A stretch of 64,000 nucleotides of DNA, from the NCBI GenBank assembly GCA_965216875.1, contig OZ244207.1:2432001-2496000 (forward strand), given 5' to 3'. Each line of letters opens with the position of its first letter. The stretch's first letter is position 1. Both the position numbers and the translations under genes were made by a program. Shown piece after piece: positions 18,354-28,792 of this stretch. The DNA comes from Rubripirellula sp. Its GTDB lineage: Bacteria; Planctomycetota; Planctomycetia; Pirellulales; Pirellulaceae. Under the pieces are notes generated by a model. The model searched no databases. It was not told the DNA's origin and was given only the letters and a program-made list of their open reading frames with translations.

Positions 18354-19745
18354 ATGGCCACCCATTTTCGGTTGCGAAGCATCGCAATTGTAATCCCCCT
18401 CGCGGGCGCGATTCTTGCTGGCTGCACACCGCCTCAAAACAAGTACGAAGCGCCGCCGCCCCCCGAAGTCACCGTTGCCAAGCCCGTTCAGCAGACGGTC
18501 ACCCTCTTTCTCGAAAAGACTGGGCAAACCGAGGCCGTTGAATTCGCCGAGGTTCGATCGCGAGTTCGTGGGTTTATCGAAGAGATCAAGTTTGAACCCG
18601 GCCAACGGGTAAAAATCGGTGAAGTGATCTACGGCATCGAAAAGGACACGTACACCGCCGCTCGTGATTCGGCCCAAGCATCGGTCACCGCGGCGATCGC
18701 AGCCGTCTCGGTTGCCGAGGGAACGGTCGAAGTTCAGAAGGCGGAAGTGCTGCGTGCCAATCGCGACTACGACCGCCAGGAATCTCTGAAGGCTCAGAAC
18801 GCAACCTCCATTGCCGAATACGATGCGGCGCTGGCTGCCCGGGACGCGGCAGCGGCGAATCTGATCTCCGCCCAAGCCGCCGTGAAAGCAGCCAAGGGCG
18901 AGCAGGCTCAAGCAGAAGCCCAACTCAAACAAGCCAACCTCGATCTCGGCTATACCGACGTCGCGGCGCCTATCTCAGGTCGGATCTCCAAAACCGAAAT
19001 CAAACTCGGCAACCTTGTCGACAATGGTCAAGCATTGGCGTCGGTGACGAACAATCGATTCATCTTCGTTAACTTCACCCTGAGCGACCGAGAAATCCTT
19101 CAAATTCAAAAAGCGAGAATCGCTGAAGATCCCGAACGGGGCGCCGAACCTGAACCACGTGATTGGACTGCGATCCCAGTGTTTGTGCGTCGTGAACTCG
19201 ATGATGGTTACCCTTTCATTGGTCATCTCGAATACTTCGACACCAAAGGCATCAATGCCGCAACCGGTACTCTCGACTTACGTGCCGCATTTGACAATGA
19301 CGAAGAGTACTTGTTCCCGGGGCTCTTCGTTCACGTTCGCATACCAATCGCCCAACAGGAGAATGCACTTGTCGTTCCGGAGCGAGCCGTCGGACGAAAT
19401 GACGTTGGCGTATTTGTCCTTGTCGTTGGCGAAGGCAACAAAATCGAGCGCAGAATCGTCGAGACCGGTCAGAAACTTGACGGTTGGGTCGTCATCGCAA
19501 AGGGACTTGAGCCAACCGATTCCGTCGTGATCGACGGACTTCAGCGTTCGCGTCCAGGCATTGAGGTCACGCCAAACGAGACTCCGTTGACGACCGAGGA
19601 TTCGCCCTTCTTGCAGTTTGAACCACCGGACATGTCCGAGATCGAAACCTACGAGCCGGGCAAGGAACAGAAACCGTTCAAACAGAACATTGACGAGTCG
19701 GAACCAGTCACTCCAGCACCACAACCAGCGACGGACGGTGCTTGA
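18354..19745 (+). CDS. RND efflux periplasmic adaptor (MFP) lipoprotein
   Basis: LAGC lipobox, EVRSRVRG, coiled hairpin, APISGRI, FPGLFV, GLEPTDSVVIDGLQ. Confidence 0.93.
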   Translation: MATHFRLRSIAIVIPLAGAILAGCTPPQNKYEAPPPPEVTVAKPVQQTVTLFLEKTGQTEAVEFAEVRSRVRGFIEEIKFEPGQRVKIGEVIYGIEKDTYTAARDSAQASVTAAIAAVSVAEGTVEVQKAEVLRANRDYDRQESLKAQNATSIAEYDAALAARDAAAANLISAQAAVKAAKGEQAQAEAQLKQANLDLGYTDVAAPISGRISKTEIKLGNLVDNGQALASVTNNRFIFVNFTLSDREILQIQKARIAEDPERGAEPEPRDWTAIPVFVRRELDDGYPFIGHLEYFDTKGINAATGTLDLRAAFDNDEEYLFPGLFVHVRIPIAQQENALVVPERAVGRNDVGVFVLVVGEGNKIERRIVETGQKLDGWVVIAKGLEPTDSVVIDGLQRSRPGIEVTPNETPLTTEDSPFLQFEPPDMSEIETYEPGKEQKPFKQNIDESEPVTPAPQPATDGA

Positions 19746-22700
19746 TGTCAAAGTTCTTTATCTACCGCCCCATCTTTGCGACCGTGATCTCAATTGTGAT
19801 TGTGATCTCGGGAGTGGTGTCGTTCGGGGCACTGCCCGTCGCGAAGTTCCCCGAGATTTCGCCGCCAACCGTCAAGGTCACGGCCGTGTATCCGGGTGCC
19901 GACGCGCGAACGATCGCCGAAACGGTCGCGACACCCATTGAACAAGAAGTCAACGGCGTCGAAGGCATGCTCTACATGTCGTCGACGTGTGCCAGCGACG
20001 GTTCATACAACCTCACGGTCACGTTCGATCTTGGAACCGACATGGACATGGCGTCCGTTTTGGTCCAGAACCGTGTCGGGATCGCCGAACCCAAACTTCC
20101 GAGCGAAGTCCGCGCGCAGGGCATCACAACCAAGAAGCAATCGACGCAGATTCTTCAGTTCATCACGCTCAACTCGCCCGACAACACCTACGACGCACTC
20201 TACCTGAGCAACTACTCGCTGCGCATTAAAGATGAATTGAGCCGAATCGCGGGGGTCGGAGAAGTCACGGTGTTCGGCACCGGCGACTACAGCATGCGCG
20301 TGTGGCTGGACCCGCAAAAACTGAAACAACGCAGCTTGACCACCCAAGACGTCGTCGCTGCGGTCCAAGAGCAGAATATTCAGGTCGCGGCTGGCCAAAT
20401 TGGTGCAGCGCCCGCGCCCGAATCGACGCCCTTTGAACTCTCGGTCAACACGCAGGGGCGTTTGGTTGAGAAGGAAGAATTCGAGAACATTATCATCCGC
20501 GCCGAAGGGCGCGGCCGCGTCCTCCGCGTCAAGGACGTCGCTCGTGTTGAACTGGGATCCAAGGTTTACACGTACGACTCGAGATTCAACGGCGAACCCT
20601 CCTCGTCGATTGGAATTTATCAGTTGCCTGGTGCGAACGCATTGAACACGGCAGAGTTGGTCCGCGAGCGAATGGAACAACTGGCATCGGCGAGCAATTG
20701 GCCGGAAGGACTCGTCTACGGAATCCCCTTTGACTCGACACTCTTCGTCCAGGCGTCGATTTCGGAAGTCTACGACACCTTGTTTGTCGCGGTCGTCCTT
20801 GTCGTGGTCGTGATCTTTATCTTCCTTCAAGATTGGCGTGCCACGATCATTCCTGTCGCCGCGATTCCCGTTTCGTTGATCGGGACGTTCGCGATCATGA
20901 CGGGCCTCGGATTCTCGATCAACATGCTTTCGCTGTTCGGGGTTGTCCTTGCGATCGGGATTGTTGTCGACGACGCAATCGTCGTTGTCGAAAACGCGAC
21001 GCGGCACCTCTCGGATGGCTTGGCGCCGAAAGAAGCAGCCGTGAAAGCCATGGACGAGATCACCGGCCCCGTGATCGCGACCACATTGGTCCTGCTGGCG
21101 GTGTTTGTTCCGAGTGCGTTCATGCCAGGCATCACCGGCCAACTGTTCCGACAGTTCGCGTTGACCATTTCGGCCGCCGTGATCATCAGTACGATCAACG
21201 CGTTGACACTCAGCCCCGCGCTGTGCGGATTGATCCTGCGACAGCCCAAGGAATCGAGCTTCATCGGATTCAAGTTGTTCAACTTTGGTTTTGACAAAGC
21301 GACAGCGGCCTACGGGTTTGTCATTGGCCGCTTCGTTCGCGTCGTCTCGATCATCCTTCTGATTTACTTTGGACTGGTCGGGTTGACCGGTTACACGTTC
21401 AGCTCGTTGCCAACCGGTTTTGTTCCCGATGAGGACCAGGGATACCTGTTCGTCAACGTTCAACTCCCCGATGCGGCATCGTCCAACCGCACACGTCAAG
21501 TCATGACCGACTTGGACGACATTTACGAAAACACCCCTGGCGTCGATTCGGTACTTTCCATCGCCGGCTATTCGTTGCTTGGCGGACACGCAGGTTCGAA
21601 CATCGGCTTCTCCATTATCATCTTGAAGCCGTGGGACGAACGAACAACGCCCGAGACTCAGATTGGCTCGATCGTCCAACACTTGCAAGGCAAGTTCGCC
21701 GGCGTGCAGCGTGCGGTCGCATTCCCCTTCACGCCGCCGCCCATTGACGGCCTCGGCAGCGCTGGTGGTTTCCAAATGGAAGTCCAAGATCGCGGTGGCG
21801 TTGGGTACGCAGAATTGCAATCAACGGCCGAAGACCTGGTCGAGGCTGGTGGTGGACAGAGTGGACTTTCTGCGCTCAATACAACCTTCCGCGCGAACGT
21901 CCCACAGCTCTACGCCGACGTTGATCGAACCAAAGCGAAGTCGATGGACATCCCGCTTGCGACCGTCTTTGGAACTTTGCAGGCTTACCTCGGATCGGCT
22001 TACGTCAACGACTTCACCTACAACAATCGATCCTATCAAGTACGACTCCAAGCCGAATCGGAATTCCGTGATTCGGCGGACGACATCGTCAATCTTGATG
22101 TCCGCGATTCGTCGGGGCAAATGATCCCGCTTGGCTCGATCGTAAACGTCGAGGAGACCTTTGGGCCCGCGGTTGTGAAACGCTACAACCTTTACCCTAG
22201 TGCCTCGATCAACGGTTCTGCAGCGGCCGGCTTCAGCTCGGGTGAAGCATTGAACTTGATGGAGGACATGGCCGACTCGCGGATGTCGCCTGCGTTCGGA
22301 TACGAATGGACGGGGATGTCGTACCAAGAGAAACTGGCCGCAGGCGGGCAGGGCACGGTGTTCTTCCTGGCGGTGGTCTTCGTATTCCTCGTGCTTGCCG
22401 CCCAGTATGAAAGCTGGACGAGTCCGGCCGCAGTGATCGCGGTCGTTCCGCTCGCGGCGCTCGGCGTCGTGATTGCGTTGTTGGTTCGTGGTGCCGAAAA
22501 CAACACCTACACGCAAATTGGCGTCGTCCTGCTTGTGGCGTTGGCCAGTAAGAACGCGATTCTGATTGTCGAATTTGCTAGCGAGCAGCGGAAAGCGGGC
22601 ATGGGAATCAGGGATGCTGCCGTCGCAGCGGCTCGCCTGCGTTTCCGCGCGATTCTGATGACGGCGTTTTCATCGATCCTCGGTTTTCTGCCATTGCTTG

Positions 22701-22915
22701 TTGCCGCCGGCGCTGGTGCAGCGAGTCGTCAAGCAGTCGGCAATGCTGTGGTGGGTGGAATGATCGCCGCAACGGTCTTCTCACTCCTGTTTGTTCCGAC
22801 CTTCTTTGTCGTCTTTCAAATTATCGCTGAATGGCGAAGCGAACCCAAAGACGACACCGACCCTGATCCGGAACCTGCCCCAGAACCAAAACCTGAGCCG
22901 GAACCAGCTCAGTAG
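19745..22915 (+). CDS. RND efflux permease (AcrB/MexF-like, HAE1)
   Basis: FFIYRPIFA, AIGIVVDDAIVVVEN, KNAILIVEF, RFRAILMT. Start overlaps the MFP stop (TGATG). Confidence 0.96.
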   Translation: MSKFFIYRPIFATVISIVIVISGVVSFGALPVAKFPEISPPTVKVTAVYPGADARTIAETVATPIEQEVNGVEGMLYMSSTCASDGSYNLTVTFDLGTDMDMASVLVQNRVGIAEPKLPSEVRAQGITTKKQSTQILQFITLNSPDNTYDALYLSNYSLRIKDELSRIAGVGEVTVFGTGDYSMRVWLDPQKLKQRSLTTQDVVAAVQEQNIQVAAGQIGAAPAPESTPFELSVNTQGRLVEKEEFENIIIRAEGRGRVLRVKDVARVELGSKVYTYDSRFNGEPSSSIGIYQLPGANALNTAELVRERMEQLASASNWPEGLVYGIPFDSTLFVQASISEVYDTLFVAVVLVVVVIFIFLQDWRATIIPVAAIPVSLIGTFAIMTGLGFSINMLSLFGVVLAIGIVVDDAIVVVENATRHLSDGLAPKEAAVKAMDEITGPVIATTLVLLAVFVPSAFMPGITGQLFRQFALTISAAVIISTINALTLSPALCGLILRQPKESSFIGFKLFNFGFDKATAAYGFVIGRFVRVVSIILLIYFGLVGLTGYTFSSLPTGFVPDEDQGYLFVNVQLPDAASSNRTRQVMTDLDDIYENTPGVDSVLSIAGYSLLGGHAGSNIGFSIIILKPWDERTTPETQIGSIVQHLQGKFAGVQRAVAFPFTPPPIDGLGSAGGFQMEVQDRGGVGYAELQSTAEDLVEAGGGQSGLSALNTTFRANVPQLYADVDRTKAKSMDIPLATVFGTLQAYLGSAYVNDFTYNNRSYQVRLQAESEFRDSADDIVNLDVRDSSGQMIPLGSIVNVEETFGPAVVKRYNLYPSASINGSAAAGFSSGEALNLMEDMADSRMSPAFGYEWTGMSYQEKLAAGGQGTVFFLAVVFVFLVLAAQYESWTSPAAVIAVVPLAALGVVIALLVRGAENNTYTQIGVVLLVALASKNAILIVEFASEQRKAGMGIRDAAVAAARLRFRAILMTAFSSILGFLPLLVAAGAGAASRQAVGNAVVGGMIAATVFSLLFVPTFFVVFQIIAEWRSEPKDDTDPDPEPAPEPKPEPEPAQ

Positions 22916-22921
22916 GTTCCC

Positions 22922-22981
22922 GTAGCCACGTTCGCCAGAGCATGGTGAAGCGTGGCCCACCTTCCGGGCGAAGGTAGCTAC
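22922..22981. repeat. Family-C REP inverted pair (GTAGCCACGTTCGCCAGAGC .. GGCGAAGGTAGCTAC)
   Basis: GTAG and CTAC ends; related to 7561-7581, 39901-39925 and 40153-40177. Confidence 0.75.
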
Positions 22982-23016
22982 GGGGCACATCAACGCGAAG
23001 TATCGGAGAAAGCACC

Positions 23017-23769
23017 ATGTGCATGTTCACGGGTATCAGCACTGTTTCCAACACGAGCATCTTTGCTCGTCTGGAGGGCGTGCAACAGTATCTGGTCTAC
23101 CAAATGTCGTATTCTGCGGCACACGAACTTGCGATGGTGCTTCCGATCCCCGTGCCTGCGGGTTCGCCAGAGGACGCAGTTTCTTTCATTAGCTTTTACG
23201 ACTACGGATACTTCTTTGACGACATGCTCCGTGGTTTCCCCACGCGGGGCTCGACGCTGAGTCTTGACCTCGAGGGTTCGGTTGCCGCAGCGGCAGCATT
23301 GGAGGTGCATGATGTCGGAGACTACGAAGCATCGTTCGTCCCCGGCATCAGTGAATTTGGCCGACTCGATCCGCGGTTTAGGTTTAGCGACGCTATTTGG
23401 AACCAGCTACCACAATATCACGACTATGGATTTGCCGTATTCAAGCTGAAGTCGACTGCCAACTCGACCGATGTGCATCCGATTGCGTTCAAGTTCCCAA
23501 CGCGATTAACAGATTCCGTCTACTTCCCAACCCTGCACATTCACGATGGCTCGCTGCCAAGTAAGGCCAAGTTTGATCACATGCTCTTCTGCCAGGCTCC
23601 GCCCGATTACGAGCCTTCCCTCGGAGACTGGCATCGCTCCTTTGACGTCGCCGCAGAGTTCATTGACATACCGGCCTCGCTGGGAGTGGTGGATCCCAAT
23701 CGTTTCTGTTGGCAGAAAGGACTCAACGGCATGCTAGTCAATGAAGACACCATCATCGCTTCCGAATAG
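23017..23769 (+). CDS. Conserved hypothetical protein, possibly DUF2330-related
   Basis: MCMF start, AMVLPIPV, VGDYEASFV, GFAVFKL, HPIAF, FPTLHIH, FDH motifs; no signal peptide. Confidence 0.7.
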   Translation: MCMFTGISTVSNTSIFARLEGVQQYLVYQMSYSAAHELAMVLPIPVPAGSPEDAVSFISFYDYGYFFDDMLRGFPTRGSTLSLDLEGSVAAAAALEVHDVGDYEASFVPGISEFGRLDPRFRFSDAIWNQLPQYHDYGFAVFKLKSTANSTDVHPIAFKFPTRLTDSVYFPTLHIHDGSLPSKAKFDHMLFCQAPPDYEPSLGDWHRSFDVAAEFIDIPASLGVVDPNRFCWQKGLNGMLVNEDTIIASE

Positions 23770-23832
23770 CTACGCTTTGTTGTTAAGTTGGTGGAGCGGC
23801 ATCCCTTTGCAGAGTTTTGACTTGAACCGTGA

Positions 23833-24189
23833 ATGCGAGACGCCACTTTGAACGTGCTCTTTGTCTGCTCGAGAAATCAGTGGCGCAGTCCAACTGCCGA
23901 AAGCCTCTATGCGGACCAGCAAGGGATGCACGTCAGATCGCGTGGAACCAGTCGCGCTGCTAAACGTAGGCTAACCGCCGCCGATCTCGAATGGGCCGAC
24001 ATCGTGATCGCGATGGAGAACAAACACCTTTCGAGAATGCGATCTGAATTCCCGCATGCAAGTCGCGCGGTCGAGATGTTTTGCGCCGACATCCCCGACG
24101 ACTACCAATACATGGATCCTGAGCTCCAGCAACTGATCCGCGAGAGCGTTTCACGCATTCTCGATGACGGTCAATCGACCGATGCTTGA
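23833..24189 (+). CDS. Low-molecular-weight protein-tyrosine-phosphatase-like protein
   Basis: LFVCSRNQWRSPTAE P-loop, WADIVIAME, DIPDDYQYMDPEL. Confidence 0.9.
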   Translation: MRDATLNVLFVCSRNQWRSPTAESLYADQQGMHVRSRGTSRAAKRRLTAADLEWADIVIAMENKHLSRMRSEFPHASRAVEMFCADIPDDYQYMDPELQQLIRESVSRILDDGQSTDA

Positions 24190-24806
24190 TAGATTGGCCG
24201 TGCAGCTCTGTCGGCTATCCCAAAGACAGTAAATGATTCGCAATCAAAATCAAAGATACCAACGGTGTGACTGTCACGCCCCTTGAGGCTACAGCAAGCC
24301 CCCGGGTTGATGACTCTTTTACCTCGATAGGTCACATCAAACGGGCTGTGCGTGTGACCGACAACGATGAGCTCACAATCAGTCTTGGCAAGATCTTTCT
24401 TAAACCGTTTCGCAAGACGCGAGTCGCCATCCTCGTGAAAAACTCGACCCGCGTTATGCGAAACGGTGGCGTGTGTAACCAGCGTGCTTGTCGTCGCAAA
24501 CAGCCGCCGACATGTGTCCGGCAAGCCCTCGAGATAGTCGATCGTCGAAGTTTGCAGAGGCGTTTCGTCATCACCAACCACCTGACGAAGCCTGTGATGC
24601 CTCACGGCGTTTTCATCATGATTCCCTTTGACGCAAGGAATCTCGAGCTGACGAATCAAGGCAACAACCTGGTCGTGCTCACGCCCTTTCTCGACAAGAT
24701 CGCCTGCGCATACCATCTCGTCGATCCCTTGCTCACCAAACAGGTCGATCGCCGCCTGAAGGGAACCAAGGTCACCGTGCACGTCAGAAAAAAACCCAAT
24801 CTTCAT
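24171..24806 (-). CDS. Calcineurin-like metallophosphoesterase
   Basis: SDVHG, GDLV, GNHD, TH, GHTH, INPG. Confidence 0.9.
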   Translation of the reverse strand: MKIGFFSDVHGDLGSLQAAIDLFGEQGIDEMVCAGDLVEKGREHDQVVALIRQLEIPCVKGNHDENAVRHHRLRQVVGDDETPLQTSTIDYLEGLPDTCRRLFATTSTLVTHATVSHNAGRVFHEDGDSRLAKRFKKDLAKTDCELIVVGHTHSPFDVTYRGKRVINPGACCSLKGRDSHTVGIFDFDCESFTVFGIADRAARPIYQASVD

Positions 24807-24975
24807 CACTTGGCCGCCGGTCATCTTTAGAAACGTTAGACATCCGACACACTGGATCGATGACCGGTTCGCTAAAACGCCCCTGACAACGCTGTCCGTC
24901 GCAAACGCTCCTTCCAATCCCCCAGTAAAGCCAGCGACCTCAACAACCGCAAACGCTACCAACCGCCAAGCGAGT

Positions 24976-26142
24976 TTAGCGTGGATTCTCGAACCAGATC
25001 ACGCCGTGGTTTCTGCGTTCTTCGCAGGTCAAGATGTCGAGGTCACCATCCCCGTCGAGATCGATCAGCTCGATGCGATCAAACTTGCCCCCCTCGGGGT
25101 GGCCGATCGGCGACCAATCACCTGGTCCGTTTGATAGCCACAGCCCAGGTTGTCTCGCATCGCTTCGAGCCGTGTTGGCAGTCATCACGAGCGCCGACGC
25201 CGAAAGCCGTGCGATTGCTTTTCCATGTGGCACGCCATCAGGATGCTCAAACCGCGTTTCATTCCAACCGTCTCGCCGTCGCGTGTATCGAAACCAAGCC
25301 GAGTTGCGTGTCGACACCAACAGTTCGCTAACCCGGTCGCTCGATTCCTCTTTGACCACATCAAGGAACATCACTTCGTATTCCTTTGCGCCGACGGCAT
25401 GCTCCAGCCACCGTCCCGTTGGATCTTCGGGTTGTTCCAGCCAATAGACACCGCGCAAACTTCCCTTGCGGTCGCTCAGCAGGACATCCTCGTCACCATC
25501 CCCATCCATGTCGACACAGCGGATCGACATGATCCACCCAGCGTCTCGCAACTGGATTGCCGACCATTTGTGTAGGTCCGCTCGATCGGACTCAGGCGGA
25601 AGCAACAACGTCACGGTGGCACCATTGTTCTTCGCACCGATCACCAGCCCTTCGCCGCCACCCTGAAGCCGAACGGGCGCGGCAAACATCCACTGCAGAT
25701 GACCGAGCATTGGAAAACCGGTCGTCTCCCAATTCTGTGGATCAAGAAGGTCCTTGTCGCCCGTCTGTTCGCCGACAAACCGGTGAACAAGAACCTTACG
25801 CGTGTTGCCCTCGTGACAACTGACAACATCGAGATTCCCGTCGCCATCAACATCGAAGGGCACGGCGTCTTCAGGCGACCGCGATTTGCCAACGGTGACG
25901 ACCGGCCACGGCTGTTTTGCTTTCTGGTGGCCAGGGTTGAGATAGAGTCGAACGATGCCCGATTCTTCCCAGCCACTGACGATGTCACTCAAGCCATCGC
26001 CATTGAAATCGGCCAGGCGGACGCCATCGGCGCCGCGTAGATCATCGGAGCTGTCGATCGCGTGCCGTTTCCACGGCGATTGAGCCGTACAGGTTGCGGC
26101 AGACAGAACGACCAATGAGGCGAGTGCGATGCGAAAGCTCAT
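24976..26142 (-). CDS. Secreted FG-GAP/VCBS repeat beta-propeller protein
   Basis: Signal peptide; DFNGDGLSD, DVDGDGNLD, DMDGDGDED and DLDGDGDLD repeats; WFENP terminus. Confidence 0.88.
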   Translation of the reverse strand: MSFRIALASLVVLSAATCTAQSPWKRHAIDSSDDLRGADGVRLADFNGDGLSDIVSGWEESGIVRLYLNPGHQKAKQPWPVVTVGKSRSPEDAVPFDVDGDGNLDVVSCHEGNTRKVLVHRFVGEQTGDKDLLDPQNWETTGFPMLGHLQWMFAAPVRLQGGGEGLVIGAKNNGATVTLLLPPESDRADLHKWSAIQLRDAGWIMSIRCVDMDGDGDEDVLLSDRKGSLRGVYWLEQPEDPTGRWLEHAVGAKEYEVMFLDVVKEESSDRVSELLVSTRNSAWFRYTRRRDGWNETRFEHPDGVPHGKAIARLSASALVMTANTARSDARQPGLWLSNGPGDWSPIGHPEGGKFDRIELIDLDGDGDLDILTCEERRNHGVIWFENPR

Positions 26143-26188
26143 GAGCTTTCCTGGGCAGCGAGGTTTTGCGCCTCTAGAAGTTGCGCCC

Positions 26189-27205
26189 TTACAGGTTGCC
26201 AGGCTCGATCGTTCCAGTGACAACGCAGCTCGCTGACTTGTCGCCCGGTAAATCGGTCACAATCTTGATCTCTTGGGCGATTCGATCAGCACTCCCGTCG
26301 GCGCGGAAACGGAGCTTGACGAAATGAAGTTTCTTGCGTCCCAATGGTACTTCAAATTCAAAGCGATCGTCTGCACAAAGCACATCGGCCACTTCGAACG
26401 GCTCGTCAGCACGAACGATCAATCGTTTTTCAACCACACCATCAAGCTTGGTTGTCCCGAGACTCACCGCCGCAGGCGAAACACTGACCACTGGTCGAAT
26501 GCGACCTGAAATCGCCATTTCCGTGGTCGGAAAATCGCGGTCGTTGCTGATCAACGTCAACCGCTCGCGAATCTCCCCTTCCTTCATGTCTTCTTTCATA
26601 CGAACCGACATGCGGTAGCTTACCTTGCCCGCTGTTCGCTCTGCCGGATTCAATCGAACTTCCAACGAACTGCAATGACTGCGAACGTCCGTGATTTCCC
26701 AATTGCTGTTTCCGTTGTGAGTGATCACAACTTCGCGTTCACGTGATTGCCCTGCGGGGATCTCACCAAACGCCACTTCGGGTGGATCAAAGGTGATGTC
26801 GGTGCGGATGAATCCGCTGACCTTCAATTGCACTTCGGCGTAGTAGGGCTTGTCAAAGACAACGGTGATCGTCGCTGCTTTGGATCCAATGTGCGTGCTC
26901 GTGTTGAAGGTCGCCACGACAGCACCGGTCTCGTGTGTCTTCAGCGTCTTCTTGGTGATCGTGGGTGTCGTGCAACCACAGCTGGTACGCACTGCCGTGA
27001 TGTGAACATCTTCTTCGTACGGGTTGGTCAGCTCGAAGTGGTAGGCGCACTTCGTTCCACGCCCGACGGTTCGAAAGTCATGCGTCTTGACTTCGAACAT
27101 CTTCTGGGCCCACTCCTGGGCGGGAGCCTTTGTGGCCATCATCGAACCAACAAGTCCGAATGCCACCAACATGGTCAGTAGATCGCGTCGCAGGACGTTC
27201 GCCAT
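26189..27205 (-). CDS. DUF1573 domain-containing secreted protein
   Basis: Signal peptide, HDFRTVGRG, VRTSCGCT, tandem Ig-like repeats. Confidence 0.85.
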   Translation of the reverse strand: MANVLRRDLLTMLVAFGLVGSMMATKAPAQEWAQKMFEVKTHDFRTVGRGTKCAYHFELTNPYEEDVHITAVRTSCGCTTPTITKKTLKTHETGAVVATFNTSTHIGSKAATITVVFDKPYYAEVQLKVSGFIRTDITFDPPEVAFGEIPAGQSREREVVITHNGNSNWEITDVRSHCSSLEVRLNPAERTAGKVSYRMSVRMKEDMKEGEIRERLTLISNDRDFPTTEMAISGRIRPVVSVSPAAVSLGTTKLDGVVEKRLIVRADEPFEVADVLCADDRFEFEVPLGRKKLHFVKLRFRADGSADRIAQEIKIVTDLPGDKSASCVVTGTIEPGNL

Positions 27206-27329
27206 GATTTCCGTACCGATATGCGGGAGGTTGAATGAACAACGCAGGTAAGTTAGCAAAACTGGTTGGGTTTATACAGATGGAACGATTGCGGGGGTTT
27301 CCGCGGTTGTTCCAACGAAAACAGTCCCA

Positions 27330-27983
27330 TCAGCTACTAACGGTTTCGGCCAATGAGTCGAAATTTTCCAGTAATTCCGCCAAACGCTCCATCGGCAGAC
27401 CGACCACATTGCTCTCGCTACCCCCGTCGATCACGGCAAGCCAGTCATTACCGTCTTGGTAGCCAAAGGCACCCGCTTTCCCTTCCCAGAGCATGGAATC
27501 AAGGTATTCGTCGAGCATCGACTCGGACAATGCTTGCATTCTTAGTGACGTTCGCGTCACATCGACGCAGCACCGGTTTTGTGAGCGCGACCACAAACAG
27601 ACGCCGCTGTAGACGTCATGGTCTCGTCCGCTCAATCGCCTCAGGATCTGCTCGGCGTGGTCACGGTCAACCGGCTTGCCAAGGATTTGGGCGTCACACC
27701 AAGCGACGGTGTCGGCGGCGAGCACCAGTCCGCTATCAATTCTGGACACAACGTCCGCCGCCTTCCGAAAGGCATAGCGAGCCACCAATTCGGCGGCCGT
27801 TTCGTTGCTGCAAACCCCGCACTCGGCATCATCGCCGGCCGGTTTGATATCAAAGTCATATCCGGCCGCGCTCAGAAGTTGTGCGCGGCGGGGCGACGAG
27901 CTTGCCAGGATCAGCGGTTCGGTCGTTGGCAGATCCGCTTTCGGCAAGTTTTGCATCAGCGGCAGGTCATCTGAGAATTTCAT
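27330..27983 (-). CDS. maf: Maf family nucleoside triphosphate pyrophosphatase
   Basis: LILASSSPRRAQLL, AADTV, ILGKP, LSGRDH, GKAGAFG, NVVGLP. Confidence 0.92.
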   Translation of the reverse strand: MKFSDDLPLMQNLPKADLPTTEPLILASSSPRRAQLLSAAGYDFDIKPAGDDAECGVCSNETAAELVARYAFRKAADVVSRIDSGLVLAADTVAWCDAQILGKPVDRDHAEQILRRLSGRDHDVYSGVCLWSRSQNRCCVDVTRTSLRMQALSESMLDEYLDSMLWEGKAGAFGYQDGNDWLAVIDGGSESNVVGLPMERLAELLENFDSLAETVSS

Positions 27984-27993
27984 CGCCCCGCAC

Positions 27994-28707
27994 CTAGCCG
28001 TTCCCGTTCTGTCCACCTTTTTCAGAATCCGGTGGTTCGTCCTGGGGCCCTGGATTTGGCGGAGCATCCTCGGGTGGTGGTGGCAAATCCTCCGTTCCCT
28101 GAGTTGGAGGCATCGGCTGAGGTTGTTCGGCAGGTGGTGCCTGACCAGCAGCTTGCGATTGTCGTTGTTCAAGCTGACGCACGGCACCGCGCAATGACTC
28201 GAGCAGCCGTGGGACTTGCCCGGCCGACACAAACACCCGTGCGCTGACCGCGGACTGTGGGAAGAAGCTCGTCAGGAAATCGAGACCAAATTCACTGGCT
28301 CCATGCCCAATCATCACCCCGTTGGCGTAAACGCCACTCAAGACATCATCGGGGAGTTTCAAGTCGTCGTAGATTTCCTGCGGACTCGGGCGCCGAGCCT
28401 GGTTTTGCGGCTGAGCCTGAGGGACGGGCGGATCGCCAAAACGACTGCGGTAGAGATCCAAGTTGGTATTGAGTGCATCGATAAACTGCGGCATGACTGG
28501 ATGCGGAATCACCACACGAGCCGCGACGCGGTGCGGACGCCCAATCGTTTGCAGGAAGTCGACAATGAATTCGCTCGGCCCCGTCATCACGATCGCACCG
28601 GTGCTGAAACAACCATCGGCAACATGATCGGGCACGCGTGCACGCAGCGCAGAGTTGCCTTCGTTGGGGTCTGGGCGATCTGGATTGGAATTGGGATCCG
28701 TCGACAT
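27994..28707 (-). CDS. Tandem DUF3467-like domain protein with Pro-rich tail
   Basis: Internal duplication: GCFSTGAIVMTGPSEFIVDF..VAARVVI versus GVYANGVMIGHGASEFGLDF..VSARVFV. Confidence 0.8.
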   Translation of the reverse strand: MSTDPNSNPDRPDPNEGNSALRARVPDHVADGCFSTGAIVMTGPSEFIVDFLQTIGRPHRVAARVVIPHPVMPQFIDALNTNLDLYRSRFGDPPVPQAQPQNQARRPSPQEIYDDLKLPDDVLSGVYANGVMIGHGASEFGLDFLTSFFPQSAVSARVFVSAGQVPRLLESLRGAVRQLEQRQSQAAGQAPPAEQPQPMPPTQGTEDLPPPPEDAPPNPGPQDEPPDSEKGGQNGNG

Positions 28708-28792
28708 TCGAAGTACAACCGAACTTGAAGGTTACATCTGTCAGGAGTGAGCGATCCGTATTCTAAGGGCGGACATCGAAAGCTACACCCCC

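Noticed and set aside
20003..21820. 605-aa minus-strand ORF
   Set aside because: Antisense shadow of the RND permease with no motifs; expected from codon bias in GC-rich genes
22840..22912. Pro/Glu/Asp repeat at the RND C-terminus
   Set aside because: Ordinary low-complexity protein tail
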